Source: Sporosarcina sp.
Lineage (GTDB): Bacteria; Bacillota; Bacilli; Bacillales_A; Planococcaceae
Reading direction: 5' to 3'
DNA: 64,000 nucleotides
Assembly (NCBI GenBank): GCA_026169375.1
Contig: JAPFCR010000032.1
Coordinates: forward strand, 24,266-88,265
Position 1 is the stretch's first letter, and each line of letters opens with the position of its first letter. Below, piece after piece: positions 49,489 to 59,704 of the stretch. The position numbers and the translations under genes were made by a program. Below the pieces are notes generated by a model, which was not told where the DNA came from, did not search any database, and saw only the letters and a list, made by a program, of their open reading frames with translations.

Positions 49489-50758
49489 AATAACTTACAA
49501 TAAATTCTTCATATCTTTTACGGTCATCAACCAACAGCTCAACGACCATCATCGTTCCATCTTCTTCATAATCTACATTTTTCACGTTCGCATGATCATT
49601 CATATAAGAGACGACATCGCCTCTTTCGAATGGAATAAACAGTTTACATGTGACATATTGATCGAAAATAAAGTCTTTAATCAGCTCGACTAATTCAGCA
49701 AGTCCTTTGCCGTTTTTAGCCGATAACCAAACGGTATTGTCTTTCACCCTCGGATAAGAGACATCTGCTAAATCTGCTTTATTAAACACGTTAATGGTTG
49801 GAACGTTCTCAACACCAACGTCGACTAACGTATCATTAGTCACATCCATCATAAACCTGTGTTCTTCATGAGAGACGTCTACAACTTGCAAAAGTAAATT
49901 GGCGTCTCGTGCTTCTTCTAAAGTAGATTGGAATGCTTTGACTAAATGGTGTGGCAGTTTACCAACAAATCCAACTGTATCCGTTAATAAAAATGCTTTA
50001 TTATCCGGCAACCTCACTTGTCTAACAGACGTATCAAGCGTCGCGAATAACATGTCTTTTTCAAACACTTGCTTATCTACTTCAGCGTCCACCTTTTCAA
50101 GCAGTGCATTCATAAGCGTTGACTTTCCAGCGTTCGTATACCCAACAAGTGACACCACAGGCAATCCACTCTTTCGGCGTCGCTTCCGTTGTGTTTCTCG
50201 CTGCCCTTTGACACTTTCTAAGTCACGGTTTAACTTTGCAATTTGGTCTTCAATTACACGACGGTCGAGCTCTAGCTTCGTTTCTCCCGCTCCTTTATTT
50301 TGAAAACCCCCACCTGTCCCTCCACCTTGTCTACTTAAAGATGCACGTAATCCGACAAGTCTTGGTAACATATATTGCAACTGGGCAAGCTCTACTTGCA
50401 TACGTGCTTCCCTCGTACGTGCACGTCTGGCGAAGATATCGAGAATGAGCATCGTTCGGTCAATTACTTTACATTCCAAGCCATTTTCTAAATTCCGAAT
50501 TTGAGAAGGGGATAATTCTTCATTGAAAATAACCAAGTTCGCACCTGACTCATCATAATAATTACGGATTTCTTCAATTTTCCCTCCGCCTACATAATGA
50601 GAAGGATTTGGACGCTCTAAATTTTGTGTGATCGTCCCAACAACCTCTACTTCTATCGCCTCTGCAAGGTTCGCTAACTCTTCCATCGAGTAGTCGAAAT
50701 GTTCATCTGTTTGTGTATGCACGCCAACAAGTACTGCTCGTTCAACTAAAACGTTCAA
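49487..50758 (-). CDS. hflX: Ribosome-splitting GTPase HflX
   Basis: MEEL, LSPSQ, GETKLELDRR, GYTNAGKST, LFATLD, DTVGF, NKAD. Confidence 0.96.
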   Translation of the reverse strand: MNVLVERAVLVGVHTQTDEHFDYSMEELANLAEAIEVEVVGTITQNLERPNPSHYVGGGKIEEIRNYYDESGANLVIFNEELSPSQIRNLENGLECKVIDRTMLILDIFARRARTREARMQVELAQLQYMLPRLVGLRASLSRQGGGTGGGFQNKGAGETKLELDRRVIEDQIAKLNRDLESVKGQRETQRKRRRKSGLPVVSLVGYTNAGKSTLMNALLEKVDAEVDKQVFEKDMLFATLDTSVRQVRLPDNKAFLLTDTVGFVGKLPHHLVKAFQSTLEEARDANLLLQVVDVSHEEHRFMMDVTNDTLVDVGVENVPTINVFNKADLADVSYPRVKDNTVWLSAKNGKGLAELVELIKDFIFDQYVTCKLFIPFERGDVVSYMNDHANVKNVDYEEDGTMMVVELLVDDRKRYEEFIVSY

Positions 50759-50879
50759 TGAGACAACTCCTTTCAGTTATCCTTCGTATTCTCCACTTTA
50801 CCATAATAATTTTCACAAGGTAAAGCAGAAGGAATTTAACGAGTCGGATAAGCTTCCTTCTATAATTGAAATTTAAAAT

Positions 50880-51593
50880 TTATTCACGATACACAATCGA
50901 CACATCAATCAGTCTTTCTTTCACTTCTTTTATTTTTTCAGTAAATTTCAATGTACAATTCGGCAACTTAATCATAGTATTTTCTGTATCCTTTGTACTT
51001 TCCAACCCTAAGATTACTTGCCATTCTTCCGTCGTTTGTTCTACATCTCGAACATTAAAAAGACAAGATGTGACTTCTAGTTGTTCGTTTTCCTGTAAAA
51101 TGGTTCCTTCTGTTCGAAGGATTTCAAGTCTTTCTTTTTCTTCTATTTCCCACTCGATAAAAAAAGGATAAGGCAATGCATCAGAAGGCTTTTGATCGAT
51201 AAATAACATTTTCCATCTTCTAATTGCACCACTCGTTGTTTTCCGTTCTGCATGCAAAATACCGGAAGTTGGATAGCCTTGCTTCTTTAATCGGTTATGA
51301 ACTGCCTCAATTTGTTCCACAGAAAAACAAATCGTCCCCCAACCTTCCACATCTGCTCTATCATACATATACAATTGGATTAGCGGATTATCCGATGCAT
51401 TTGCAATTTTTTCATGCTCAAGCGCTAACCATTCAATATACGCATTATGGACATACATCAGCGCATTATACGTCCCCCACTGCTCGTGACTGCCCCCCAT
51501 TACTGCATGCCAACCAAGTTGCCTTTGTTCCCAAACCACTTCCAAAGGTGTTTTCTGCGTGAAATAAACAACGTGATCTACTTTCATGGACAT
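50880..51593 (-). CDS. VOC/glyoxalase-like family protein
   Basis: DHVV, GGSHEQWGTYNAL, YIEWL, PFFIEW motifs. Confidence 0.85.
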   Translation of the reverse strand: MSMKVDHVVYFTQKTPLEVVWEQRQLGWHAVMGGSHEQWGTYNALMYVHNAYIEWLALEHEKIANASDNPLIQLYMYDRADVEGWGTICFSVEQIEAVHNRLKKQGYPTSGILHAERKTTSGAIRRWKMLFIDQKPSDALPYPFFIEWEIEEKERLEILRTEGTILQENEQLEVTSCLFNVRDVEQTTEEWQVILGLESTKDTENTMIKLPNCTLKFTEKIKEVKERLIDVSIVYRE

Positions 51594-51687
51594 CCCTCCC
51601 TTTTCTAAAATCCTACCACTAAGAAGATAAAAAGCTCCTTAGATAACATTTGTTTAACTTATCCAAGGAGTTTTTCAAGTGATTAGG

Positions 51688-53166
51688 TTATTCTTTTTTC
51701 AACATTTCGATTGCTTCATCAAATTCTTTATCAATTTGAGGATTCGGGCGATACGTTGCTAGACTTACAAAATAAGTAACAAGCCAGGCGCCGATGAAGC
51801 CAGGAATAATTTCATATAAATTGTCTGTAAGAACGTTTATATTCCCCCAGATTAATACGATAATTGCACCTACACTCATTCCCCACAATGCACCTTTGGT
51901 TGTAATTTTTCTCCAGTACAAAGAGAGTAAAATAACTGGTCCAAATGATGCACCAAAGCCAGCCCATGAAAACGAAACGATACTTAAAATCGACTCATTA
52001 TTCGGCCATGCAAGGATGATGGCGACAATCGAAACAATTAAAACAGCCATTCTTCCCAAGAAGACGTATCGCTGATCGGAAGCGTCTGTTTTAATCATCG
52101 ATTTATACAAATCTTCAATAAGCGCCGAAGATGTAACAATCAATTGTGAAGAGATTGTACTCATTACCGCTGCGAGTATTGCCGCAAGCATAATTCCCGC
52201 AATAAGTGGATGGAAAATAATTTGACCTAGTACGATAAATACTGTCTCCGCATCATTAAGTGTACCGCCTGTTTGCTGGAAATAAGCAATTCCAATCAGC
52301 GCTGTAGCAACTGCCCCAAAAAGACTTAAAAACATCCATCCTATCCCGATACGACGTGCACCTTTTAATTCTTTCACTGAACTAATCGCCATAAACCGGA
52401 CGATAATATGTGGTTGGCCAAAATAGCCTAACCCCCACGCCACTGCTGATAAAATACTCGCAACAGAAGCGCCTGATACGAAGTTTAAAAGTTGTGGATT
52501 CACTTCCTGAATTGAAATTGCCGTTTCAGAAAATCCACCTGTGACGAATAAACCAATGATTGGAACAAGTAATAACGCAAAGAACATCGTCACACCTTGT
52601 ACCACATCCGTATAACTTACTGCTAAAAACCCGCCGAATAGGGTATAAAAAATAACAACTGCAGATACAATTAATAATCCAATATGATAATCAATTCCGA
52701 ACGAACTGTTAAAAAACTTCCCGCCGGCTACCATTCCAGAAGAGACATAAAATGTAAAGAAAATAAGAATAATCACACTTGAAACAATGCGTAAAACTCG
52801 AGAATTATCTTTCAAACGACTTTCTAAGAAACTTGGAATTGTAATTGAATCTCCAGAAACTTGTGTATATGCACGAAGTCTAGGCGCAACAAGAAGATAG
52901 TTAAAATAAGCCCCTAATGTTAAACCTACGGCAATCCATGCTTCCACAAGTCCGTTCAAATAAATCGCGCCTGGTAATCCCATCAGCAACCATCCAGACA
53001 TATCTGCAGCGCCAGCACTTAATGCTGTAACTGCCGGTCCAAGTGAACGCCCACCAAGCATATAGTCAGTAAGATTAGCTGTTTTTTTATAAGAATAATA
53101 CCCTATAAAAACCATCATCGCCATATACAGAAAAATTGCAATCAACTGATACAGATCACCTGACAT
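51688..53166 (-). CDS. putP: Sodium/proline symporter
   Basis: DYMLGGR, ASDMSGW-like AADMSGW, GYFGQPHIIVRFMA; start MSGD behind GGAGGAGG. Confidence 0.95.
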   Translation of the reverse strand: MSGDLYQLIAIFLYMAMMVFIGYYSYKKTANLTDYMLGGRSLGPAVTALSAGAADMSGWLLMGLPGAIYLNGLVEAWIAVGLTLGAYFNYLLVAPRLRAYTQVSGDSITIPSFLESRLKDNSRVLRIVSSVIILIFFTFYVSSGMVAGGKFFNSSFGIDYHIGLLIVSAVVIFYTLFGGFLAVSYTDVVQGVTMFFALLLVPIIGLFVTGGFSETAISIQEVNPQLLNFVSGASVASILSAVAWGLGYFGQPHIIVRFMAISSVKELKGARRIGIGWMFLSLFGAVATALIGIAYFQQTGGTLNDAETVFIVLGQIIFHPLIAGIMLAAILAAVMSTISSQLIVTSSALIEDLYKSMIKTDASDQRYVFLGRMAVLIVSIVAIILAWPNNESILSIVSFSWAGFGASFGPVILLSLYWRKITTKGALWGMSVGAIIVLIWGNINVLTDNLYEIIPGFIGAWLVTYFVSLATYRPNPQIDKEFDEAIEMLKKE

Positions 53167-53323
53167 GAAAATAAAACCTCCTCCTTTTTCCATTGTTTTA
53201 TTATACCATGACTCCCCATTTTTTGAGTACACCTTTAAGTTCCTTGTATAATATAGATAATTCATTATTTCCTAACAAATTTCCCGGGAAATAATGAGAA
53301 TTCGACATGGAGGATGATCTAAC

Positions 53324-53791
53324 ATGAATCATAAAAAATGGTTAAACAAAACCGTTCAAATGGCAGTAGAGAACGTTAAAGATGGTGGTGGACCTTTTGC
53401 AGCAATCGTCGTAAAAGATGGAGAAATCATTGGTAAAGGCACGAATCTTGTTCACGTACAAAACGACCCTTCTGCACATGCAGAGTTACTTGCGATTCGG
53501 GAGGCTTGCGCACATCTACAATCCGTTGACCTTTCTTCCTGTGTCTTATATGCGAGCGGTGAACCTTGTCCAATGTGCCTAGGGGCTGCTTATTGGTCGG
53601 ACGTCGGTCAAATTTATTATACATGTAGTAAAGACGAAGCTTTTCAGGAAGTTGGATTTCCAAATCCAGTAGAAAATTATTTCCCTGATCAGGAAAAAGA
53701 ACCTGAAAAACGACAAGTGCCTTTCATTCAAATTGAAACTGACCAGTCTTTCGCACCTTTCCTTGAATGGAAAAATACGCAAGAGAAGTAA
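53324..53791 (+). CDS. guaD: Guanine deaminase (CDA-family, GuaD-like)
   Basis: GGGPFAA, HAE, EPCPMC zinc motifs. Confidence 0.8.
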   Translation: MNHKKWLNKTVQMAVENVKDGGGPFAAIVVKDGEIIGKGTNLVHVQNDPSAHAELLAIREACAHLQSVDLSSCVLYASGEPCPMCLGAAYWSDVGQIYYTCSKDEAFQEVGFPNPVENYFPDQEKEPEKRQVPFIQIETDQSFAPFLEWKNTQEK

Positions 53792-53999
53792 AGTCCGTTG
53801 CTCTTTACTTTCAAATGCAATTTCAAGCATAGTAGGATGTCAGTAAAACTTTGTACAAATAATTTTTCTAGACATTTCCTTCTGTTCAATTCTTTATATT
53901 CTTCATCCCAAACAAACCCATTCAAAGGACCGATTAACTATCCGCCGGCGTTTAGTTTTCGGATTGAAAGGGAACTTTACTTTCAAGGAGGAGAATATT

Positions 54000-54365
54000 A
54001 TGCCATGGAATCAAAATGACTATCCGGCGTCTTTTAAAAATTTAGAGCCTCGGGTAAAGAAAAAAGCGATTGAAATTGCGAACGCTTTAGTAAATGAAAA
54101 TTATAATGAAAGTCGTGCAATTTCAATTGCTATGACAAAAGCTAGAGAGTTTTTTCATGCTGAAGATGAAAACCGACCAACATATATTATAAAACATCGT
54201 CGTAATGACTGGGCTTTAATAAAAGCACAAGGAACAAAAGCGATTTTCGTAAATGAAATAAAACAAAGCCTAATGGAAAAAGCCAAGCCATATGTCAATG
54301 AACAAAATGGCATTTTGAAAATTTACCATGAGGATGGTTCTTTAGAGGATACATTATATGAATAA
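54000..54365 (+). CDS. YdaT/DUF2188-like stress protein
   Basis: MPWNQNDYPASFKNL...KKAIEIANAL; RBS GGAGG. Confidence 0.8.
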   Translation: MPWNQNDYPASFKNLEPRVKKKAIEIANALVNENYNESRAISIAMTKAREFFHAEDENRPTYIIKHRRNDWALIKAQGTKAIFVNEIKQSLMEKAKPYVNEQNGILKIYHEDGSLEDTLYE

Positions 54366-54384
54366 CTCTCATTTTCTTCGAAGC

Positions 54385-54430
54385 ATACCAAGCGTATTCT
54401 CCAACAAAATGAGAATACGCTTGGTATTTT
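54385..54430. terminator. Long perfect hairpin / terminator
   Basis: ATACCAAGCGTATTCTC-loop-GAGAATACGCTTGGTAT (17-bp stem) between convergent genes. Confidence 0.8.
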
Positions 54431-56063
54431 ATACATCTACTTTATCTTTCGCTAACTCTTGTAATTTAAACTTCATAATCTTTCCGGATGCTGTCATTGG
54501 ATAAGCGTCTGTAAATTTAATGTATCTCGGAATCTTATAATATGAAATCTTCCCTTTACAAAACTCCCTCACAGATGCCTCATCAATTTCTTCACCTTTT
54601 TTAGGAATAATCCAAGCCATTAACTCTTCACCGTATTTCGGATCTGGTACGCCAACCACTTGAACATCTTCCACACCCGGATGTTTATATAAAAACTCTT
54701 CAATTTCTCGTGGATAAATATTTTCTCCACCTCGAATCACCATATCCCGAATTCTGCCCGTAATGTCAATGTAACCATCTGTATCCATAATTGCGAGGTC
54801 TCCTGTACGCAACCAACCTTCTTCGGTAATCGCTTCCCGTGTTGCTTCCTCGTTATTATAGTACCCTTTCATGACGTGATAGCCTCTTGTCCACAACTCA
54901 CCTGGCTCACCTACAGCAACATCTTTACTTGTTATGGGATCGACGACTCGTACTTCGACATTTGGATGTGGCTTTCCAACTGTTGACGTGCGTTTTTCAA
55001 TCGGGTCATCTGTTCTTGTTTGTGTAATGACCGGTGAAGACTCTGTTTGTCCATAGCAAATTGTAATCTCGCTAGCCCCCATATCTTCAATCACACGACG
55101 CATCACTTCAATTGGACATGTCGAACCAGCCATAATACCTGTTCGTAATGAAGATGTATCGTATTTCTCAAAATCAGGGTCATTCAATTCAGCAATAAAC
55201 ATTGTTGGAACCCCGTGGAGTGCGGTACATTTTTCATCTTGTACGGCTTGTAGCACTGTTTTCACTTCAAATTGTTCAATAATCACCATTGTCGATGCGT
55301 GTGTCACAGCCGCCAATGTGCCTAGCACACAACCGAAACAATGGAAAAATGGGACTGGAATACAAACACGATCTTCTTCCGTTAGCTTCATATTGTCACC
55401 AATCGTTTTTCCATTGTTCACGATATTATAATGGGTTAACATGACGCCCTTTGGAAACCCTGTCGTTCCAGACGTATATTGAATATTAATGACATCATCA
55501 GGACTTAGCGACTCAAAACGCGCTTCTAATTTTTCATCTGAAACACTTTCAGCATGCGCAAGGAATTCCGACCATTTATACATTCCTTCTTCTGCTCGAT
55601 CTGTCATTAAAATAACACGCTTTAAAAATGGTAATTTCTCACTTTGAACGTTGCCCCTATGACTTTCTTTAAGCTCTGGACAAATTTCCCGAACAAGGTC
55701 GATATAACTTGTCCCTTTATATCCTTCATCTAAAATAAGCGTTGTTGCCTCTGACTGTTGCAATAAGTATTCTAATTCAGCTGCTTGATAATTTGTATTT
55801 ACCGTAACGAGGGCTGCCCCCATTTTCCCCGTTGCAAATTGACTCTGTAACCACTCACGTTTATTATCGGACCAAATGGCAACATTTTCTCCTTTTTCAA
55901 TCCCCATGCCCATAAACGCTTTTGCAATTTGATCTGTTTCTTCATCAAATTCCCGATACGTCTTTCGTATACCATGTTCTGGATACACATACGCTTCTCT
56001 GTCCGGAAATGCTCTAGCTTGATCTCGTAAAACTTCCCCAACTGTTTTTTGTAATAAAGTCAT
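54429..56063 (-). CDS. Acyl-CoA synthetase (AMP-binding, YngI-like)
   Basis: YTSGTTGFPKG, YGQTE, TGDL, RGGENIYP, TASGKI. Confidence 0.92.
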   Translation of the reverse strand: MTLLQKTVGEVLRDQARAFPDREAYVYPEHGIRKTYREFDEETDQIAKAFMGMGIEKGENVAIWSDNKREWLQSQFATGKMGAALVTVNTNYQAAELEYLLQQSEATTLILDEGYKGTSYIDLVREICPELKESHRGNVQSEKLPFLKRVILMTDRAEEGMYKWSEFLAHAESVSDEKLEARFESLSPDDVINIQYTSGTTGFPKGVMLTHYNIVNNGKTIGDNMKLTEEDRVCIPVPFFHCFGCVLGTLAAVTHASTMVIIEQFEVKTVLQAVQDEKCTALHGVPTMFIAELNDPDFEKYDTSSLRTGIMAGSTCPIEVMRRVIEDMGASEITICYGQTESSPVITQTRTDDPIEKRTSTVGKPHPNVEVRVVDPITSKDVAVGEPGELWTRGYHVMKGYYNNEEATREAITEEGWLRTGDLAIMDTDGYIDITGRIRDMVIRGGENIYPREIEEFLYKHPGVEDVQVVGVPDPKYGEELMAWIIPKKGEEIDEASVREFCKGKISYYKIPRYIKFTDAYPMTASGKIMKFKLQELAKDKVDV

Positions 56064-56290
56064 CTTATCTCCCCTCCCTACACAACATTATTATACAATT
56101 CCCAATATTTGTCCATGACAGAATCTTTATTTTTCGTCAATATCTTTAGATTCATTTCTCTATCAGTAGGAATGTACTGTTCTATAAATTATTTTTCACC
56201 TTACAACAAGGTACATTACTAGTTTATTTACTGCCTTTTTTGGTACGCTTATTATAAGAGACTGCTTATTGATACATGGAGGGAATTACA

Positions 56291-57019
56291 TTGACACTTG
56301 AATTATTAACACAACACGCTTCTGTAAGAAAATATAAACCTGTTGAACTTTCTACTGAAGAAGTACAAGAGCTCGTAATCGCTGGTCAACATGCTGCAAG
56401 TTCAAACTTCGTCCAAGCATACTCTGCAATTCACGTTACAGACCAGACGAAAAAAGAAGAACTTGCCAAATTGGCGGATAATGAGCAACAATTTTTAACT
56501 GCGGGCGCTGTACTCGTTTTGTGTATGGACTTTTACCGTATTGAAAAAGGAGCAAACTTAGCTGGACAAATCGACTATCAAAATGCTGAAGACTTACTCG
56601 TAGCAGCGACAGATGTATCGTTATTTGCCCAAAACATTGTTGTTGCAGCAGAATCTAAAGAGTATGGCATTTGTTATATTGGTGGTGTTCGAAATAACCC
56701 CACAGAAATTAGTAAGCTGCTCGGTTTACCAAAAGGAGTTGCACCAATGTATGCCCTAACGATTGGTGTTCCTGATGAACAAAATGAAGTCAAACCTCGA
56801 CTGCCAGTTGAAGCAATTTTGCATGAAAACAGTTATGATAGTGACAAATATCAAACGCTCATCCCAGTATATGATGAAACAATGAATGCTTATTACAAAA
56901 ATCGAAGCTCAAATCAGAAAAACTCAGATTGGTCTGAATCGATGGCAACGTTTTTAGGTAAACCGAGACGTCTCCATATGAAAGAGTTTTTACAAAAACA
57001 AGGATTTGACTTTAAATAG
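56291..57019 (+). CDS. nfsA: NADPH-dependent FMN nitroreductase (NfsA/NfrA)
   Basis: HASVRKY, ASSNFVQAYS, YIGGVRN, KPRLP; likely TTG start. Confidence 0.9.
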   Translation: MTLELLTQHASVRKYKPVELSTEEVQELVIAGQHAASSNFVQAYSAIHVTDQTKKEELAKLADNEQQFLTAGAVLVLCMDFYRIEKGANLAGQIDYQNAEDLLVAATDVSLFAQNIVVAAESKEYGICYIGGVRNNPTEISKLLGLPKGVAPMYALTIGVPDEQNEVKPRLPVEAILHENSYDSDKYQTLIPVYDETMNAYYKNRSSNQKNSDWSESMATFLGKPRRLHMKEFLQKQGFDFK

Positions 57020-57034
57020 GAGTAGATTATAAAG

Positions 57035-58195
57035 ATGCAATTTGAAGAATTAGTTACAAAACTAACTGACCAAGTAACAGATGGTTCGCTTATCAATGGA
57101 ACCATTAGCCAACCGCGCATGCGATCTGATGAGCTAAAACGTGTTCGCTTAAAACCCATAGAACTTCGCGGAGAATTTCATATTCAATTTGAACTTCAAT
57201 ATGAACGGATACTCGAACATGAAAACGTTCCACTTCACGAAGTCGGTCAAAAGATGGAAGAATTATTAAACCGGTTCCGTCAAGTACATGCAGAGTTTAC
57301 AAATGAAACAGTGCACATCCAAATTTCTAAAAAGTTTAAAGTGATGTGGAAAGCGAAACAAACAGAAACGAAGAAAGCAGTAGATTTATCCCATAATCGC
57401 CGAAAGAATTATTTGTTAGATGAAGATACAGCCCATCCGTTTTTAGTACGATTAGGCGTTCAAACCCCTGAAGGAAGAGTGCGCAACCAACATCAAGATA
57501 AATTTAGACAAATTAATCGTTTTGTAGAATTTATCGATGATGCATTAGAACATTTACCACAAGACAGAACGATTCGCATTTTAGATTTTGGTTCGGGAAA
57601 ATCGTATTTAACATTCGCACTCTATCACTATTTACGAATTGAAAAAGGACTTGACATTAAAGTGACTGGGTTGGATTTGAAAAAAGAAGTGATTGAAGAA
57701 TGTCAGACGATTGCTGAGGATTTAAATTACGAAAACTTAGAATTCCTCGTTGGTGACATTAATGATTATAATGAAGAAACGGCTGTCGATATGGTCGTCA
57801 CCCTTCATGCTTGTGACGTCGCGACGGATATGGCGTTAGGACGTGCTGTCAAATGGGGTGCGAAAGTCATCTTAAGTGTGCCATGTTGTCAACACGAACT
57901 TTTTTCACAAATTGAATCGCCAGGACTTGACGTTATGTTGCAGCATGGTCTAATGAAGGAAAGATTCTCTGCACTTGCAACGGACTCTATCCGTGCAGAA
58001 CTCCTCACATTCGTCGGCTATGATACGCAGCTGTTAGAGTTTATCGATATCGAACATACGCCGAAAAACGTTTTAATTCGCGCGTATCACACGGGGAGAA
58101 AACCAACTGAAGAAACATTCAAACGTTACGAAGCGTTTAGAGATATGCTGAATGCGAAACCGTTTTTAGAAAAGGAATTAAAAGAGTTACTATGA
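57035..58195 (+). CDS. SAM-dependent methyltransferase
   Basis: KFRQINRF, LDFGSGKSYL, LHACDVATD, VPCCQHE, HTPKN. Confidence 0.88.
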   Translation: MQFEELVTKLTDQVTDGSLINGTISQPRMRSDELKRVRLKPIELRGEFHIQFELQYERILEHENVPLHEVGQKMEELLNRFRQVHAEFTNETVHIQISKKFKVMWKAKQTETKKAVDLSHNRRKNYLLDEDTAHPFLVRLGVQTPEGRVRNQHQDKFRQINRFVEFIDDALEHLPQDRTIRILDFGSGKSYLTFALYHYLRIEKGLDIKVTGLDLKKEVIEECQTIAEDLNYENLEFLVGDINDYNEETAVDMVVTLHACDVATDMALGRAVKWGAKVILSVPCCQHELFSQIESPGLDVMLQHGLMKERFSALATDSIRAELLTFVGYDTQLLEFIDIEHTPKNVLIRAYHTGRKPTEETFKRYEAFRDMLNAKPFLEKELKELL

Positions 58196-58198
58196 TAC

Positions 58199-58708
58199 TT
58201 GACACAAGGAGGAATGATGATGGTTACTAATACAGACTTGAAGCATTTACAGCGTTGCGTTGAACTAGCTAAAACAGCACTTGAAAAAGGAGATGCGCCA
58301 TTTGGTTCAGTTCTGGTTTCAGCGAGCGGTGATGTTCTTGCAGAAGACCATAACCATATTTCTGGTGGAGATCATACACAACATCCTGAATTCGCTTTGG
58401 CGCGTTGGGCAGCTAAGAATTTAAGCACCGAAGAAAGAGAAAAAGCGACTGTCTATACGTCAGGTGAACATTGTCCAATGTGCGCGGCAGCTCATGGGTT
58501 AGTAGGGTTGGGACGTATTGTGTATGCGAGTTCATCCGAGCAACTTGGCGAGTGGCGTAGGGAAATGGGCGTTGACACTTCACAATCACGTGTAAGGAGT
58601 CTTCCAATCCAAGAAGTGATTCGTCATACGGAAGTAGATGGCCCGGTTCCTGAACTTGCCGAAAAGGTTCGTGAGCTTCAACGTCAATTTCATCGTCAAA
58701 ACAGTTAA
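58199..58708 (+). CDS. Nucleoside/nucleobase deaminase (CDA family)
   Basis: GDAPFGS, HPE, EHCPMC zinc motifs. Confidence 0.88.
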   Translation: MTQGGMMMVTNTDLKHLQRCVELAKTALEKGDAPFGSVLVSASGDVLAEDHNHISGGDHTQHPEFALARWAAKNLSTEEREKATVYTSGEHCPMCAAAHGLVGLGRIVYASSSEQLGEWRREMGVDTSQSRVRSLPIQEVIRHTEVDGPVPELAEKVRELQRQFHRQNS

Positions 58709-58829
58709 GCATTTATTGTTGAAAATAGCTTGATTCGTTTTACGTGTAAAAAGCACATTTTTGAAAAACAATGTGCTTTTTGTATGTTTGATCATCGTTG
58801 AGTCAACTATCTTTTTATACTTTTGAAAA

Positions 58830-59051
58830 TCAACTATTCGCAATCCATGTAAAACCGTTGGATAAACATTGTTCAATATTGTCTGAATGGACAAGAGTAA
58901 TTTGTAAATATCGTTTACATATATCCTTCGAACGAAAAGCACAGACCGAATCGGAAAGGTTGCTTCCGTGAATACTGCTGGCGGGATGATTTAATTCCTT
59001 CTGCCTTAGTCTTTCTCTTTTTTCTTCAGGAGTTTCGTTATTTCTCTTCAT
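58830..59051 (-). pseudogene. Small ORF resembling the N-terminus of a DUF6366-type protein, apparently truncated or scrambled
   Basis: ETPEEKRERLRQKEL motif with RBS GGAGGG; lacks the C-terminal TM helix recalled for this family. Confidence 0.45.
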
Positions 59052-59161
59052 TTTTTTCCCTCCTAAGAACGTTATTTTGCTATCTGACCCGATTGATGAC
59101 TGGGCACAAATCCTTGTTACGGAAAAGCGCCCTATTCTAGAAATAAATTTCTTGCGTGCAG

Positions 59162-59353
59162 TTACTCACTTACATTTTCTTTGCTGTATCTGCTTTCTAC
59201 AATGTAAAAAATGAATAGCGTTATGAGAATCACAATTAGAGTTGTACTATGCGCGATTAACCCAAAGTACGGTAATGTTAAAGACAGGAGTATAAGTATA
59301 GTCGCAACTATTCGAACGGTAACAAGGTTTTTAGAATGTCTTTTAGTTTGCAA
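59162..59353 (-). CDS. Small two-TM membrane protein (63 aa)
   Basis: TTG start behind AAGGGG; two hydrophobic helices. Confidence 0.6.
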   Translation of the reverse strand: MQTKRHSKNLVTVRIVATILILLSLTLPYFGLIAHSTTLIVILITLFIFYIVESRYSKENVSE

Positions 59354-59446
59354 ATCACTTTCCCCTTTCTTGTTCTATCTCCAACACTCTACCCCATTCA
59401 AGCACAATGTTTCCTACCAGCTGCGCTCAATCCTGAAAGAAGATGG

Positions 59447-59704
59447 CTATTTGATCGCATCCACGATTTTCTTTGCATCTATCAAGGACAAGCCGTATGT
59501 CTCTCTCAATGATCGAATCGTTTTAACTTCTGTTGAACTTTTCAATATTTCTTTTGCCTTATGTTTCATATCATCATATTCCCCTGTCTTCTTTAAAAGC
59601 CGCATGTTTTCCTTTTTTAAAACCTGATTCTGACGCATTAAACTGATTCCCCATCCTAAAAGCAAAAGCATGATTAGAAGCGAACTGATTTCCGCCCATT
59701 GCAT
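59447..59704 (-). CDS. Small membrane protein with L7/L12-CTD-like helix pair
   Basis: N-terminal TM; VKTIRSLRETYGLSLIDAKKIVD; RBS AAGGGGG. Confidence 0.65.
   Translation of the reverse strand: MQWAEISSLLIMLLLLGWGISLMRQNQVLKKENMRLLKKTGEYDDMKHKAKEILKSSTEVKTIRSLRETYGLSLIDAKKIVDAIK

Noticed and set aside
50745-50810. Attenuator leader peptide (MVKWRIRRITERS...) upstream of hflX
   Set aside because: No RBS, the frame overlaps the hflX start, and no terminator/antiterminator lies downstream of it; not supportable.
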